Shown in pieces: positions 21,200 through 31,635 of a stretch of 64,000 nt of DNA (the stretch's first letter is position 1; the number at the start of each line of letters is the position of its first letter). A model generated the notes under the pieces. It was given only the letters and a program-made list of their open reading frames with translations, was not told where the DNA came from and made no database searches. Origin of the DNA: an uncultured bacterium (GTDB lineage: Bacteria > Verrucomicrobiota > Verrucomicrobiia > Limisphaerales > UBA8199); NCBI GenBank assembly GCA_963749495.1, contig CAVVMW010000007.1:64001-128000 (forward strand), read 5' to 3'. A program made the position numbers and the translations under genes.

Positions 21200-21287
21200 G
21201 ACGCCAAAGGCGTCGTTCATACCAGCCCAGGGCCTCGCCCTGGGAACCGCCCCCAAAAGCCATTCCGAGCGCTGAAGGCGCGACTCA
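21200..21287. repeat. REP-like element, family B
   Basis: GACGCCAAAGGCGTC...CATACCAGCCCAGGGCCTCGCCCTGGG...CCATTCCGAGCGCTGAAGGCGCGA, closely similar to 63802-63889. Confidence 0.8.
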
Positions 21288-21341
21288 TCCTTATGAAGTC
21301 CCGATTCGGAATCGAGATAGAAGGCGAACCTGACCCTGAGG

Positions 21342-21630
21342 TGGGTGCGTGAAAAAATAGTAACCATTAGACTTGTTCATTTCCGCGTATTCCGCGTATT
21401 CCGCGGTTCATTCTTCTTCGGCGCTTTGCTAGCGTCGCCCACCATGAAAACCAATCTTATTCAAAATTACCTCAAGGCGACCGGGTTCAAGCTCGGGCTG
21501 TTGGTCAACTTTGGCCATTACCCCAAGGTCCAAATTGAGCGCATCGTGGCGGAGCGGGGCCGATACGGCTATGGCAGATGAGGGCAACCGCGGAATACGC
21601 GGAATACGCGGAAAACAAAGCCGTTCAGTG
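21342..21630 (+). repeat. CCGCGGAATA-type repeat element enclosing a GxxExxY gene 3' fragment; inverted copy at 33526-33711
   Basis: Tandem TTCCGCGTA and GGAATACGC units flank 'NYLKATGFKLGLLVNFGHYPKVQIERIV' (GxxExxY C-terminus). Confidence 0.75.
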
Positions 21631-21939
21631 ATCCGGGGGGGGTTGGCCGACATTGGGGCAGCCCCATTTCATCGCGGTTGCATCCGCATAGATACAATCA
21701 CGGAAGGGAAGAAACAACGCCTGCCTTGGTCTCTGCAAAGGAGGTTACTTTTTTTGTCCGGCCCCCCTGAGGTTGTCAATATCGTATGCGCTGAAGGCCT
21801 ACATGAACCAAGCTGAAGTACGATGCCCTTCCCGCCACCGTGGGCAGGCACTCATCTCGCAAAAGTTGTCTTAGATTGGCCTTATCAGTGGTGGGCATTC
21901 TAGTCTCTCGGTGCGGGATCTTCAACCCCTTTCATTTGC

Positions 21940-22480
21940 TCATGTTCCCAAATTGAGTTCGTTGGAGCAGGCCCCATCGAGCAGCGACGGCTGGGACGCA
22001 CGGCGCGTTTTGCGGAGGGCGGCCCATTTGCTCTCGAACTCGGCCTGGAAGAGGTCCGCAAGGCGGGTGACACTCTCGTGCTGGGTGATGCCGGAAAGTT
22101 CGGTGCGGGTGTAGTGCGGCTTCTTCAGCGCGATGGCGAAGAACAGGTAGGACTCCATTGCCGCGCCGTTGTATTTGCCTTTGCTGTCGAACAGGAATTG
22201 CTGGGGGCCTGCAGCGGCGGCGCAGAACCTCGTCGTCCGTAAGCTGGAAAAGGAAATCCACCGACTGCCACTCCGCGAGGAGGGCATGGTCCGGATTGAG
22301 TTTCCGGCCCTGGGTGAACGTGGTGAGAAAATTGTCCGGAGTGTTCGGCTTGAGGGGGAGGCCCTTGTCGCTCTTATAGCCGAGCGAGCCGAACAGGGAG
22401 GTGGCCGCGGCGGCCGCGGGTTGGTCGGCGAAGCCACTCAAGGCGGCGGTGATGGCGCGTTTGGTTTCGAGTGGGTTCAT
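21940..22480 (-). pseudogene. 5' remnant of a large Eco57I/type IIG-like restriction-modification gene fused to a duplicated 3' end
   Basis: 'MNPLETKRAI..LFGSLGYKSDK...WQSVDFLFQLTDDEV...ESYLFFAIALK..YTRTELSGIT' then a junction into the 111-bp repeat. Confidence 0.45.
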
Positions 22481-23294
22481 GGCTCGCGAGCTTTTTTCCG
22501 GGTGAGGCGCAGAGGTTTCCAGTCCGGGGCGGGGGCGGCCAGGAGGTAGAACTCGTGGAGTTTGCGCTGGAGGAGGCGCTTGTCGGGCAGGGCCATTTGG
22601 TATTCGGCGATCAGCGCCGGGGAGAGCGAGCGGGCGAGGGCGTATTCGACGACTTCGTTGTTCGAGGAAATCGAGCAGGTAGGTGTCTTTGAAGATGGTT
22701 TCGGCGGCGGGGTGCAATTGTGTCACCAGTGGCGACACTTTTGGGGGTGCCAGGAGGGTGCGTTCGAAGAGGGCGGAAGCGAGTTGACGCTCCAGTTCGC
22801 GTTTCCCCCAGCGTTCGCGCAGGCAGGCGCGGAGATAAAACTCGCGCTCTTCGGGGCGTTTGCAGCGGCCCAGGATGAGGAGGTTGTGCGTCCAGGGCAA
22901 TTGTCTCGCCAGCGGTGAGACTTTTGTCTCGCGCCTGTAGGTTTCATAGAACTGGCGCATCCGAAAAAGATTCGGACGGGCGAAACCCCGGATTTCAGGA
23001 TGCTGCCGACTGATGAAGCGAGCCAATTCGTCAATGACTGCGTCGCCCCACTCCGCCGCTTCCACCTTGCGGCTGATATACTCGCCGACTCGCCAATAAA
23101 GGTCGATCGAGCTCTGTGTTGACGACTTGATAGGCGCGGTCGCGAGCCTCCTCAATCATCGCCACCACTTCACGAAAGGCCGTCTCTTGATGGACCTGGC
23201 CAATTGTCGCACCACTGGTGCGAGTTTTGCCCCTGGGGACAATTCTCTGAACATGGCCGAGGCTTTTTCTTCGGCTTGAACGTTTGGGCTTCAT
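22477..23294 (-). pseudogene. YhcG/DUF1016 family gene, frameshifted and internally deleted
   Basis: 'AFREVVAMIEEARDRAYQVVNTEL', 'LYWRVGEYIS..WGDAVI..LARFI..GFARPNLFRMRQFYE..LPWTHNLLIL..EREFY..WGKRELERQ..IFKDTYLLDFL' then a jump to the C-terminal 'EVVEYALAR'. Confidence 0.8.
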
Positions 23295-23408
23295 GGCTTC
23301 TCGAAGTGGGCGACGAGAGTGCTTTCGCTCGGGGCGTTTGCTTCTTCCATAGGTGTTACGTGGACCCCATCAAATTGTCAATATACAGTATTTCGCTTTC
23401 AGCCAGCC

Positions 23409-23501
23409 GCCGACCACAGTGCTGCCAGGCGTTGCTTGTGGGCGGCGGGGTCCTATTGGCAATTGGCCATGGCGCGCTCCAGGCCCTCGATGACCTCGCG
23501 G
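23409..23501. repeat. 93-bp direct repeat of 34008-34100 (3' end of the 33995-36024 gene); att-like
   Basis: 88/93 identical by manual alignment. Confidence 0.85.
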
Positions 23502-23550
23502 ATGGTTCCATGCTGGGTCCCTCATACCTGTTTTGGATTAACGAGTGGGG

Positions 23551-23799
23551 TCATGTTCCCAAGCTGAGTTCATCGGAGCAGGCTCCATCGAGCAGCGACG
23601 GCTGGGACGCACGGCGCGTTTTGCGGAGGGCGGCCCATTTGCTCTCGAACTTTGCCTGAAAACGGCTCCCCGGCGCAATCCCGGCCAACCGCAGCCTCCG
23701 CTCCCCCTCAGGCGTAAGCTGGAAAGTAACCACCGCCCCTCGAATCGAGGTCAGCACGTAACAGGCGTTCCGGTCTCGGTATTGATGGAGTCTGGGCAT
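23551..23799 (-). pseudogene. Short collapsed ORF whose 3' 111 bp are repeated at 21940-22050
   Basis: Shared C-terminus 'FQA.FESKWAALRKTRRASQPSLLDGACS.EL.LGT'; 8 mismatches in 111 bp. Confidence 0.55.
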
Positions 23800-23882
23800 G
23801 CTTGAGATTTATTAGAAAAGGGCTTTACAAACGGGGCAAATGGGGCGATAAAGGTATTGCTGTGAGCAAAACTCGGCCTCGT

Positions 23883-23929
23883 GCCGTGAGAGCCCCAAAG
23901 GCTCCTATACTCACGGCTTTTTTCTTTTT
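23883..23929 (+). terminator. Stem-loop plus long U-tract (terminator or orphan leader RNA end)
   Basis: GCCGTGAG...CTCACGGC followed by TTTTTTCTTTTT; inner AGCC/GGCT stem. Confidence 0.6.
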
Positions 23930-24102
23930 GTGAGCAACCCTTGGTTCCACCGAGTGACCGTCCCCTTGAGTCAAAGACGGTGGGCTCGCCGGCTCCGTCA
24001 ACGAAGATGTGCTGCGTTTCCACTGTGTCGTGTTCGGGTTGCCCCGCGCCATTGAAGAGGTCGCTCATTGCCAAGGGCTGGACGGGGTGCTTAGATACCG
24101 CA

Positions 24103-27100
24103 TCAAGTGGTGGAATCGCCGTCGCTGTCGTGCGCGCCGGAAGTGAACGCGTCGGGCCAACCGCCGTGCTTGTCGATGACGCTGTCGATCTCGGCCATCA
24201 GGCGAATCGTTTCAGATAGAGCGACTACGATTCTCTGATAATGGGTGCGGTCGTCGGCGGAGAGTTGCCGGCCTCTGCGGTCTTTGAGCCATTTCTCGCA
24301 CACCTGGTAGCCGCCGATGTGGAAGTGCCAAACGGCTTCGGGCACGCCTTTGAAGCCGCTGGTCTGGCCCGTGTCTATCCAGACGGTGTTCATGCGCCAC
24401 GAGACTCTCTCGACTTCGGGACTGCGCCCGCCGACATATTCGGTTATGGGCTTGTCGAGTGTGGGGGACTCCAACAGGTGTAGCCCAACGAGTTCGCCGC
24501 CCAAGCGGGCCAGCGCCCGGAACACCTTCAGATCTGCGGTCAGCGGCAAGCGCGGGAAATTTATCTTCAGAAACTCCGCGTAGCGACTCCGATAGTTGGG
24601 ACTGTGAAACACCGCGTAGGCGTAGTGAAAGATGTCCTCAGGCGTGAGGCTGTCGGGCAAGCCGTCCGCGCCTCCCGGTGGAAGCCGAAGGTGCCCGGCG
24701 AGCCTCTTGAGGAAGGACTCGGACAGATTCGGACGCCGTCTTCGTGGATGCCCGGCGCCGCGTCCCTTCCGGCCCGGCGCAAAGTCCAAGCTCTCCTCGT
24801 AGACGTAAAGGGGATAGGCTCGGGCCTCGCCCGTGAAAGATGCGAGAGCGCGCTTGTCAACGAGCTTGTCGGCGACCAAAATCTCCGTGAAGTCGGTCGG
24901 GTTCGTTTGGCGGGTGCAAACGAGGGCGACATTGTGTTCGAGCATGTGCTTCATCACGCTCCAGCGGCCATCACCGCGCTCAATAATGTTTGGCTCGTAA
25001 AACACGAACCGAAAATCGAAGGGCCGGTAGAAGTAGTCCCGAACTTTTTCGGGAACAGCCTGACCTTGGATCTGCCTTCTCGCGTGTGCCAGAGACCAAT
25101 AAGCAGTGTCTTCAATCGACAACTCCTTCTTGAGCTCAGCAATGTCCGACCTTCGGGCTATCTCCTGAAAGCGGTCCACTAATTGCTGTTTCGAGTAGCC
25201 CACTAGAAGCTCGTCACGATGAGTCTTGATGCCACTGATCCCCAGAGGGAACATCTCTGGAATGCTAGGCCCGACCCTGTACTCGCAGGCCAACGAAAGA
25301 TCTTTCGGAACGAAGAAGAATTCCGGCGACAACGCGGGGAGTGGACTCACCGCAATCTGTTTGAGGCTAACCAGTCGCTCGTACTTCGAGGACCGCTCCC
25401 CCCAAAGGTCGGCGGCGGCCATCCGCTGGGCAGACGGTGACTTGGCGAGAATTGATATCCCCACGCCGACAGTGATGTCGAACACATTTTCATCTCTCCC
25501 GCCCTCCGGGGTTGTTTCCCCTTTTTTCAGACTACCGTGGAGATTGATGACCCGAATGAGATTGAAATCTTCCAGCAGCGTTTGCCGCATCCTCCGGTGC
25601 GTTGGGCCGTCGTAGAACGCATTGTTCGTAATCACGCCCAAGACGCCGCTGCCGGCACTGTCGAGCAGGTGTTGAGAATATCGAACGAATTTGATGAAAT
25701 CGTCGTCCAGGTTGATCTTCTTTTCGTCGAGGCCGCGCTTATAGTCATTCAGGAGATTCAGGATGAACGGTATTCGGTTCAGCTGGCCAAAGTTGGAGTA
25801 CGGCGGGTTCCCGATCACGACCGTGAATCGTTTAGTGCGTTTGACGTGGTTAACTTCCTGGGCTTCGCGGGCGAGCGGGCCGAAGAGGTCGGCGAGCTTG
25901 GAGCCGGCGATGTCGGAGGGCGGTTCGAGGGTGTTGGTGAGATAGATGTGGAGGCGGTCGCCGTCGCGGAACTGGTAACCAGTCTCCCCGAGCTTAAGGG
26001 CCAGCTTGACGTGTGCTATCGCATACGGCGCCATCATGATTTCGAACCCATAGAGGCGCGGGAGGAGGTGATCGGGCACGTAGTCGCGCCAGCGGACGAG
26101 GATTTCGGGATCACGCCAGGTGTTGGGCGATTCGGGGTCCGGCTTGCCGAGTTCTCGCGCCCATTTGGTTTTCATGGTGCGCTCGATGACCTCGATGCAC
26201 TCATTCAGGAACGTTGCCGTGCCGGTGGCGATGTCGAGGATAAGGACGAACGGTTCGTCCGGCGAAAGGCCGTTGGGGATTTCGAATACCGGCACGGCAG
26301 CGCTGCCCTCCTGCTGAGCGAGGACGCGGCGGCGCTCCATTTGCGCCGCAACGTTGGCCCAAGTGGCCGTGGAGGCGAGACCATCCTCGAGGCCGAACTC
26401 GGTTTGCAGCAGCTCGTGGACGCTCCGAACGATATAGGAGACGACCGGGCGCGGGGTGAAGAAGACCCCGCGCTTGATGCGCTGCTCAGAGTCATAGGCC
26501 TTCAGAAAGCCTTCATAGAACCGGATGACCGGATCCTCGGCGGGGTTGAGGTCGTTAAAGGCCGCCTTGATGGCCTCGGTGTTGGTGGCGCGAAGCAAGT
26601 CGAGGACATCGTTGATGCCGAGCTCGTCCACGTCGAAATGGAACTTACCGCGGTTGAGGCTGAAGAGGCTCTCCAGCAGGTTTTCGAGGAAGGGGTTTGT
26701 GATCTTCGTAAGCTGGACGAGATTCTCGGCATTGATCCCCGCCGGACGCGAGAAGCTGGCGGAGAGCAGGCCGTAGGAAACGGTCTGCGCGTACATGTCC
26801 GCAAATTGGTCCTCGGACATGTCGTGGATGAGCAGGCTGCGGACAGCGGTGAAGAGCCTGCGCATCGGGCCAGCTCGGTTTCGGCTTCGAGCACGGCGAG
26901 ACCGCGTTTTCGGATGTTGGATGCAACCTCGGCCAGGCGCGCGATGAGGGCCTCGGCGGATTCGATGGGTTCGCCATAGCGATCCGTGAAAGCGCCGGAC
27001 CAGCGAACGCGCCACATGGCCAAGTCACCGGAGGTCTCCGGCCACCGCAAGCAGCTTCGCATGCGGTTGGCGACCCGATCGAGGTTCATGATGGAGTTCT

Positions 27101-27566
27101 GATCGTCCCAGCCGAGCACGCGCAGGACTGGGAGTTGGCCCTCCTCGGATTCCGAGAAATGGGCGAAGGAGATGTTGCGGTGTTCTTCCTCGCCATAGGA
27201 CGAAATGAACAGAAGGTCGTGCAAGTGCCAGGTCGGCCGGCTGGCCTTGTCGGCGGTGGCCCGGCTCTTCGTGATGAGTTTGCCCAGGATGCGCCGGAGG
27301 ACGACCATGGGAAGCTTCTTCTTTTCGAAGCTGACCCAGAAGATGCCCCAGGGCTGGCCGGTGACGAGCGGGCGGAGTTGCTTGATCTCCCGGATTTTGA
27401 CGGCATGCTTGGGGTCGAAGCCGAGTTCCTCAGGGCTGTACTCGAAGGTGAGGTCGTCCACATTGTCCGGGTTAATTGGCCAGTCGAGTTCATCCCGCAG
27501 GTACTTGACCAGGGAGGGGAAGGTCTTGATGGAGCGGAGTTGGTCGAGGTCGGGTTGGAGTGGCAT
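24103..27566 (-). CDS. N6-adenine DNA methyltransferase with Type ISP-like C-terminal target-recognition domain; one frameshift near 26870
   Basis: 'FADMYAQT', 'GVFFTPRPVV', motif I 'LDIATGTATF', motif IV 'GNPPY', 'YRPFD', 'YRSRYAEFLKINFPRLP', 'FHIGGYQVCEKWLKDR'; N-terminal part in ORF 26502-27566. Confidence 0.85.
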
Positions 27567-27569
27567 AGG

Positions 27570-28193
27570 TTACCAAGTTGAGGGTCTGTGAAAGGTGCCA
27601 ACGGCGTCAGTGAGTGTGGGGGGAAATTGGGACGCGGCCAGGACGCCATTGCGGATGTGTTTGTAGAAGGTGGCCTGGTTGGCCAGGACCCAACAGGTCC
27701 GTTTCTGAGGGTTGAGGACGCCGACCGGCCTTTTGAGGTCATTCATCACGAAGGTTACGGGGGCCAGCAGGTCGGAGTCGCCGCTGACGATGACGGCCAT
27801 CTCGTAGCGCTGGAGGTGGCCGTCGTGCAAGAGATGAGAGGCAAGGTTCACATCCGAGCCCTTCTCGTCCATGCGGATGACGCGCACCAGGGCTGGCAGG
27901 CCCGGGACCGGCTGTGCCAAAGGCATAGTCACGGTGTGGCTGAGAAAATGGCCAAAGTAGATTTCCAAGTCCGGCAAGGTGCGGAGGGCCCGGAGGTAAG
28001 TGTCCTGCCTCGTCGGGCCGTCCGGGTCGGCTGGCAGGGCGACGATGCGCGCGGTAAAGTACTTGATGCGTTCAACGTCGTGGCGCGGCAGAAGCGCGCC
28101 GCAGAGCCGGCGCAGGTCGAGCCATCGGAAGGGCGTGCGCTTGAGGCTGCCGTAGTAGAGGTTCAGACCGTCCACGTAAACCCAGGTTCTCAT
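27570..28193 (-). CDS. NYN-domain (PIN-like, LabA/DUF88) ribonuclease
   Basis: 'VYVDGLNLYYG', 'YFTA', 'EKGSDVNLA', 'VSGDSDLL' acidic active-site motifs. Confidence 0.9.
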   Translation of the reverse strand: MRTWVYVDGLNLYYGSLKRTPFRWLDLRRLCGALLPRHDVERIKYFTARIVALPADPDGPTRQDTYLRALRTLPDLEIYFGHFLSHTVTMPLAQPVPGLPALVRVIRMDEKGSDVNLASHLLHDGHLQRYEMAVIVSGDSDLLAPVTFVMNDLKRPVGVLNPQKRTCWVLANQATFYKHIRNGVLAASQFPPTLTDAVGTFHRPSTW

Positions 28194-28209
28194 GGAGAGA
28201 CTTCACCGG

Positions 28210-28275
28210 AAAAAGCAGGAGCCGGCTCTCGCGAGCCGGCTCCGCACCCGGCCACCGAAGCGACCGGGGAGATGA
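28210..28275 (-). ncRNA. Candidate ~65-70 nt leader/small RNA: C(UUCG)G hairpin, GCGA-loop hairpin and U-tract, upstream of the NYN gene
   Basis: Minus strand CCCGGUCGC-UUCG-GUGGCCGGG (two G-U pairs valid only on this strand), GGAGCCGGCUC-GCGA-GAGCCGGCUCC, UGCUUUUU. Confidence 0.6.
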
Positions 28276-28281
28276 TGCAAT

Positions 28282-28311
28282 AAGGTAGCCGGCAGGCGGG
28301 GGTTTTGTCAA
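28282..28311 (-). promoter_or_regulatory. sigma70-type promoter TTGACA-N18-TACCTT driving the leader RNA and NYN gene
   Basis: Perfect -35 at 28306-28311, -10 at 28282-28287. Confidence 0.65.
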
Positions 28312-28344
28312 GCACGGCGATTGGTGTTATTCCACGCATTCCGG

Positions 28345-28399
28345 ACAGGAGTATGGCACGCTCAATCTGCTCTGCGGGGATGAGGACTGGTTTGTTCAT
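28345..28399 (-). pseudogene. N-terminal stub of an ORF6N-domain gene
   Basis: 'MNKPVLIPAEQIERAILL' resembles ORF6N protein starts; truncated just before the NYN promoter. Confidence 0.4.
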
Positions 28400-28423
28400 G
28401 GATCAAGGGGGCCGGGAGCCGGT

Positions 28424-31400
28424 TCAACTCAATTCCATCCAGCACTTGAGGGCAGCTTTGACCCCCTGGGGGGCTTGGACTCGCTTGAGGTAGGTGTTCT
28501 TCAGGTGCGCCTCGACGGTTTTGCGGATGTCGCCGAGGGTCTTGTCTTCGAGGGCGCGGCGGCGGGGGGTGTCGGGCCGGCAGCGGATGAGGCTGAGGAT
28601 CTCCGCAGGTTCTTCGAGGATTTTGGCAGAATCGAGGTGGTAAATGTACCAGGCCGTGCTTCCATTCTCCTCGCTCCAGGTGGCAGGGTCGGCTTCGCGT
28701 CCTTCATGGGCGGCGATGCCCGGGGCGGGCAGGCGGTAGCAGAAGAAGAGGGCGCGGGTGCCGGGCGTGGGGTGTTGTTTGCCGCTGAAGACGCGGCCGG
28801 GGAGAGAGTTGAGGTGGTCTTCCAGGCTGGGATTTTGCTCGAGCAGGCGCTGGTATTCGAGGTGCATTTCCTCGGTGGCCGAGGGAGTGCCTTCATAGGC
28901 CTGGTTGAACTCGCGGAGGGCCTCGAAGTCATCCTGCGGGGTAAGGAGCTTTCGGCCCTCGATGCCGAACGTCTTGGAGATGCGAAGGGCCTTGTGGGAA
29001 ACGGTGCGGTAAAGGCGGAGCAGGTCGTCGAGCTCGTCCGGGGGCAGGAAGTTCCAGTAGGCGACCGTTCCGCGCAGGTCTTTCTGGTCCGGGTGGTCTT
29101 TGAGGATGCGTTTTTCAGTGTCGGGGTTGAGACGACGGTCAACGCGGCCGATGCGTTGCATCAGGCGGACAGGGTTCCAGTGGAGGTCATAGTTGATGAG
29201 GCGCGTGGCATCCTGGAGGTTGAGGCCTTCGGAGAGGACATCGGTGGAAATGAGTATGCGGATCGCGGGCTGGCCGCGGGCCGCAAGCTCGGCCGCCGAG
29301 GACTCGTTGTAGTAGGGGGCGAACCGGGCGATGACCTCGCCACGGCCACGCTTGTCAGCGCTGTCAACCTCATCGACTCCTTGAATGCCGGCGTCGGCGA
29401 GCTGCCTGCGCAGGTACCGCGCGGTGGCCATGTACTCGGTGAAGATGAGGACCTTGTGCTGCTTGAGAACGGGGTCGGATTTGAGGAGCTTTAGCAGCGC
29501 CTTGAGCTTGTCGTCGTGTGAGGGCTTGAACTTGCCAAGCTCGCCCAGGAACTCGGCGATCTGATCGAGGTCGAGAAAAGTCTCGGCAAGGATTTCCTCG
29601 ACCTTGTACTCGTCCCGGGAGAGGGCTTCGACGCCCTCGAGCATTTCGTCGGAGACGATGTCCTCGTCGGCCTCCTCGGCCGGTTCTTCGCCAAAGAACT
29701 CGAGCTGGTGCTCGTGGACGTAGCCCAGGAGATCGGCATGCTGTCGCTGCCAGCGTTCGAGCCGGTTCTTCTCGGACTCGGAGACGCTGTGTTTGGTGGC
29801 CCAGGTCAGGAGCTTGAGCATTAGAGTGGCGCAGGACATCTCGAAGGCCCGAGCAGAGCTCTCGAACCGCTTGAGGAACTGAGTGCGGATCAGGGCAACC
29901 ACGGCGATTTGGCGGTTTTCGGAGAGAGGATCGATTTCGGATTTCGGACCCTTGTAATAGGCCAGGGGGTAGTAAATGGCCAGGCTGAAGAGGGCTTTCT
30001 TCTTGGAGAACGCCTGCTCCAGCATAGTGAGCAGCCGGCCGTAGGTCTTTTTGATGGAGTAGGTGGCGACGTGGGGATCTTCGCGTGTGGGGAAGACGGC
30101 CTTCCGGCCGGAGGCGTGCTGATCCTGGCTGGCCTTGACGTAGGCACGGCTGCGCTGGACGACCAGTTGGCTGAACAGGGCATCATCGGCGAGGACCCTT
30201 TCGGCCTCGGCGCCGGTGATCTCGGGGAGGAGCTCCATCTGGGCCTGCTCCTCGCCGGAAACCAGCCGCTCGAGTTCCTTCTCCATCTTGCGGAAGTGGC
30301 CGGGGAGGGAATGGATGCCCAGGGGCGCCCCTTTGAAGTAGTCAGCCTGGCGCAGTGTGAAAAGCTCGATCATGTGCTGCAGGTCGAGCAGGCTGTTGTT
30401 CACCGGGGTGGCAGTCAGGAGGAAAAGGTTTTTGTTTTTGACGAGGTCGAAAAGGCGCCAGTAGCGGGAGCTACCGCGAGTGCCCGGGTTGCGGAAGTGG
30501 TGGGCTTCGTCAATGAGGACCGCGTCGGCCAGCGTAGCGATGTCATCGAGTTTGCGCTGGTAGTCCCCGCCGCGCAACAAGTCGGTGTGGTTAAAGATTT
30601 CGAGGCGGGTGAACACGCGGCTGATGTTCGGGAGATAACGGCTCAGTGCCCTTTCCCAGACCGGCTCGCGGGCGGCCTTGGGGACGATGAGAACAACGTT
30701 TCGACGGTCGCGGATGACGAGGCGTTCGATGAGCATGAGGCCGATGAACGTCTTGCCCAGGCCGACGCCGTCGCAGAGCAAGGCGCCACGGTGCTGGCGG
30801 GCGATTTTCATCAGGGACTTGTAACCGTCCTGCTGGTACTTATCGAGAACGGGGTACATGGCCGAACCACTGTTTTGTGCGCCAGCCTTCTCCCATTCAT
30901 CGTCGGTCATTTCGTGGCCACGGTGGAACTCCTGCATGGCCTTGGCGTAGATGTCGAATGGGAGGTATTCCCTAATGTGGCGCTCGATGACCTTGAGCAC
31001 CTCCGGGGTAAGGTCATCGGCCTCCTGCCAATGCTGTTCGTACCAGGACTGGAGCCGGGAGACGTCACCGGCAGCACGGATCTGGATGTTCAGCTCGATG
31101 TTGTCGGTCAGTCCCGGAATCGTGAAGTTGCTGGAGCCGACCAGGGCGACGGAGCCGACAACAGCAAGCCGTGGATGGGTGATGTAGGCTTTGGCGTGGA
31201 ACTTTCGCTTCGCATAGACGCGGCACTGGATTTTGCCCTGGCGCAGGGCTTCGCAAATGGCGCCGCTGCCGGCGAGCATATCGTTGCTCTCCTTCTCCCT
31301 CTCCAGGCTGGCATCGAGTTTTTGGCAGGCATGTTTGCGAAGCCCGTCGAGGATGGCCTGGCGCGTACGGGCGGTGGCCTGGTCGCCCATGAGGATGCGG

Positions 31401-31606
31401 ATGTTGTCGAGCTTCTGCCATTTGCCGTCGAGGGCAAGGAGGGAGCCGATTTCGAAGAAGCCCGTGGCGATATCGAACGAGCTGGCGATTTCGGTCCAGT
31501 CCTGGAGATAGCGAAGCCCCTTCCAGTCCGTTTCGCTGTTGTCCACGATGAACAGCTCACCACCTTTTGAAGGGGTACTCATGGCAGGCCATTGGGCTTG
31601 AGACAT
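28424..31606 (-). CDS. PLD-nuclease / SNF2-family helicase fusion
   Basis: PLD 'FHAKAY...GSSNFT..GL..NIELN'; Walker A 'DGVGLGKT'; 'DEAHHFRN'; 'LTATP'; 'STDVLSEGLNLQ'; 'QRIGRVDR'. Confidence 0.92.
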   Translation of the reverse strand: MSQAQWPAMSTPSKGGELFIVDNSETDWKGLRYLQDWTEIASSFDIATGFFEIGSLLALDGKWQKLDNIRILMGDQATARTRQAILDGLRKHACQKLDASLEREKESNDMLAGSGAICEALRQGKIQCRVYAKRKFHAKAYITHPRLAVVGSVALVGSSNFTIPGLTDNIELNIQIRAAGDVSRLQSWYEQHWQEADDLTPEVLKVIERHIREYLPFDIYAKAMQEFHRGHEMTDDEWEKAGAQNSGSAMYPVLDKYQQDGYKSLMKIARQHRGALLCDGVGLGKTFIGLMLIERLVIRDRRNVVLIVPKAAREPVWERALSRYLPNISRVFTRLEIFNHTDLLRGGDYQRKLDDIATLADAVLIDEAHHFRNPGTRGSSRYWRLFDLVKNKNLFLLTATPVNNSLLDLQHMIELFTLRQADYFKGAPLGIHSLPGHFRKMEKELERLVSGEEQAQMELLPEITGAEAERVLADDALFSQLVVQRSRAYVKASQDQHASGRKAVFPTREDPHVATYSIKKTYGRLLTMLEQAFSKKKALFSLAIYYPLAYYKGPKSEIDPLSENRQIAVVALIRTQFLKRFESSARAFEMSCATLMLKLLTWATKHSVSESEKNRLERWQRQHADLLGYVHEHQLEFFGEEPAEEADEDIVSDEMLEGVEALSRDEYKVEEILAETFLDLDQIAEFLGELGKFKPSHDDKLKALLKLLKSDPVLKQHKVLIFTEYMATARYLRRQLADAGIQGVDEVDSADKRGRGEVIARFAPYYNESSAAELAARGQPAIRILISTDVLSEGLNLQDATRLINYDLHWNPVRLMQRIGRVDRRLNPDTEKRILKDHPDQKDLRGTVAYWNFLPPDELDDLLRLYRTVSHKALRISKTFGIEGRKLLTPQDDFEALREFNQAYEGTPSATEEMHLEYQRLLEQNPSLEDHLNSLPGRVFSGKQHPTPGTRALFFCYRLPAPGIAAHEGREADPATWSEENGSTAWYIYHLDSAKILEEPAEILSLIRCRPDTPRRRALEDKTLGDIRKTVEAHLKNTYLKRVQAPQGVKAALKCWMELS

Positions 31607-31635
31607 TGGGGCAATTATGAGGGATAAAGTATGAA

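Noticed and set aside
20828..21300. Palindrome cluster as IS ends or a CRISPR array
   Set aside because: No transposase and no regular spacing; copies are dispersed intergenically like REP elements
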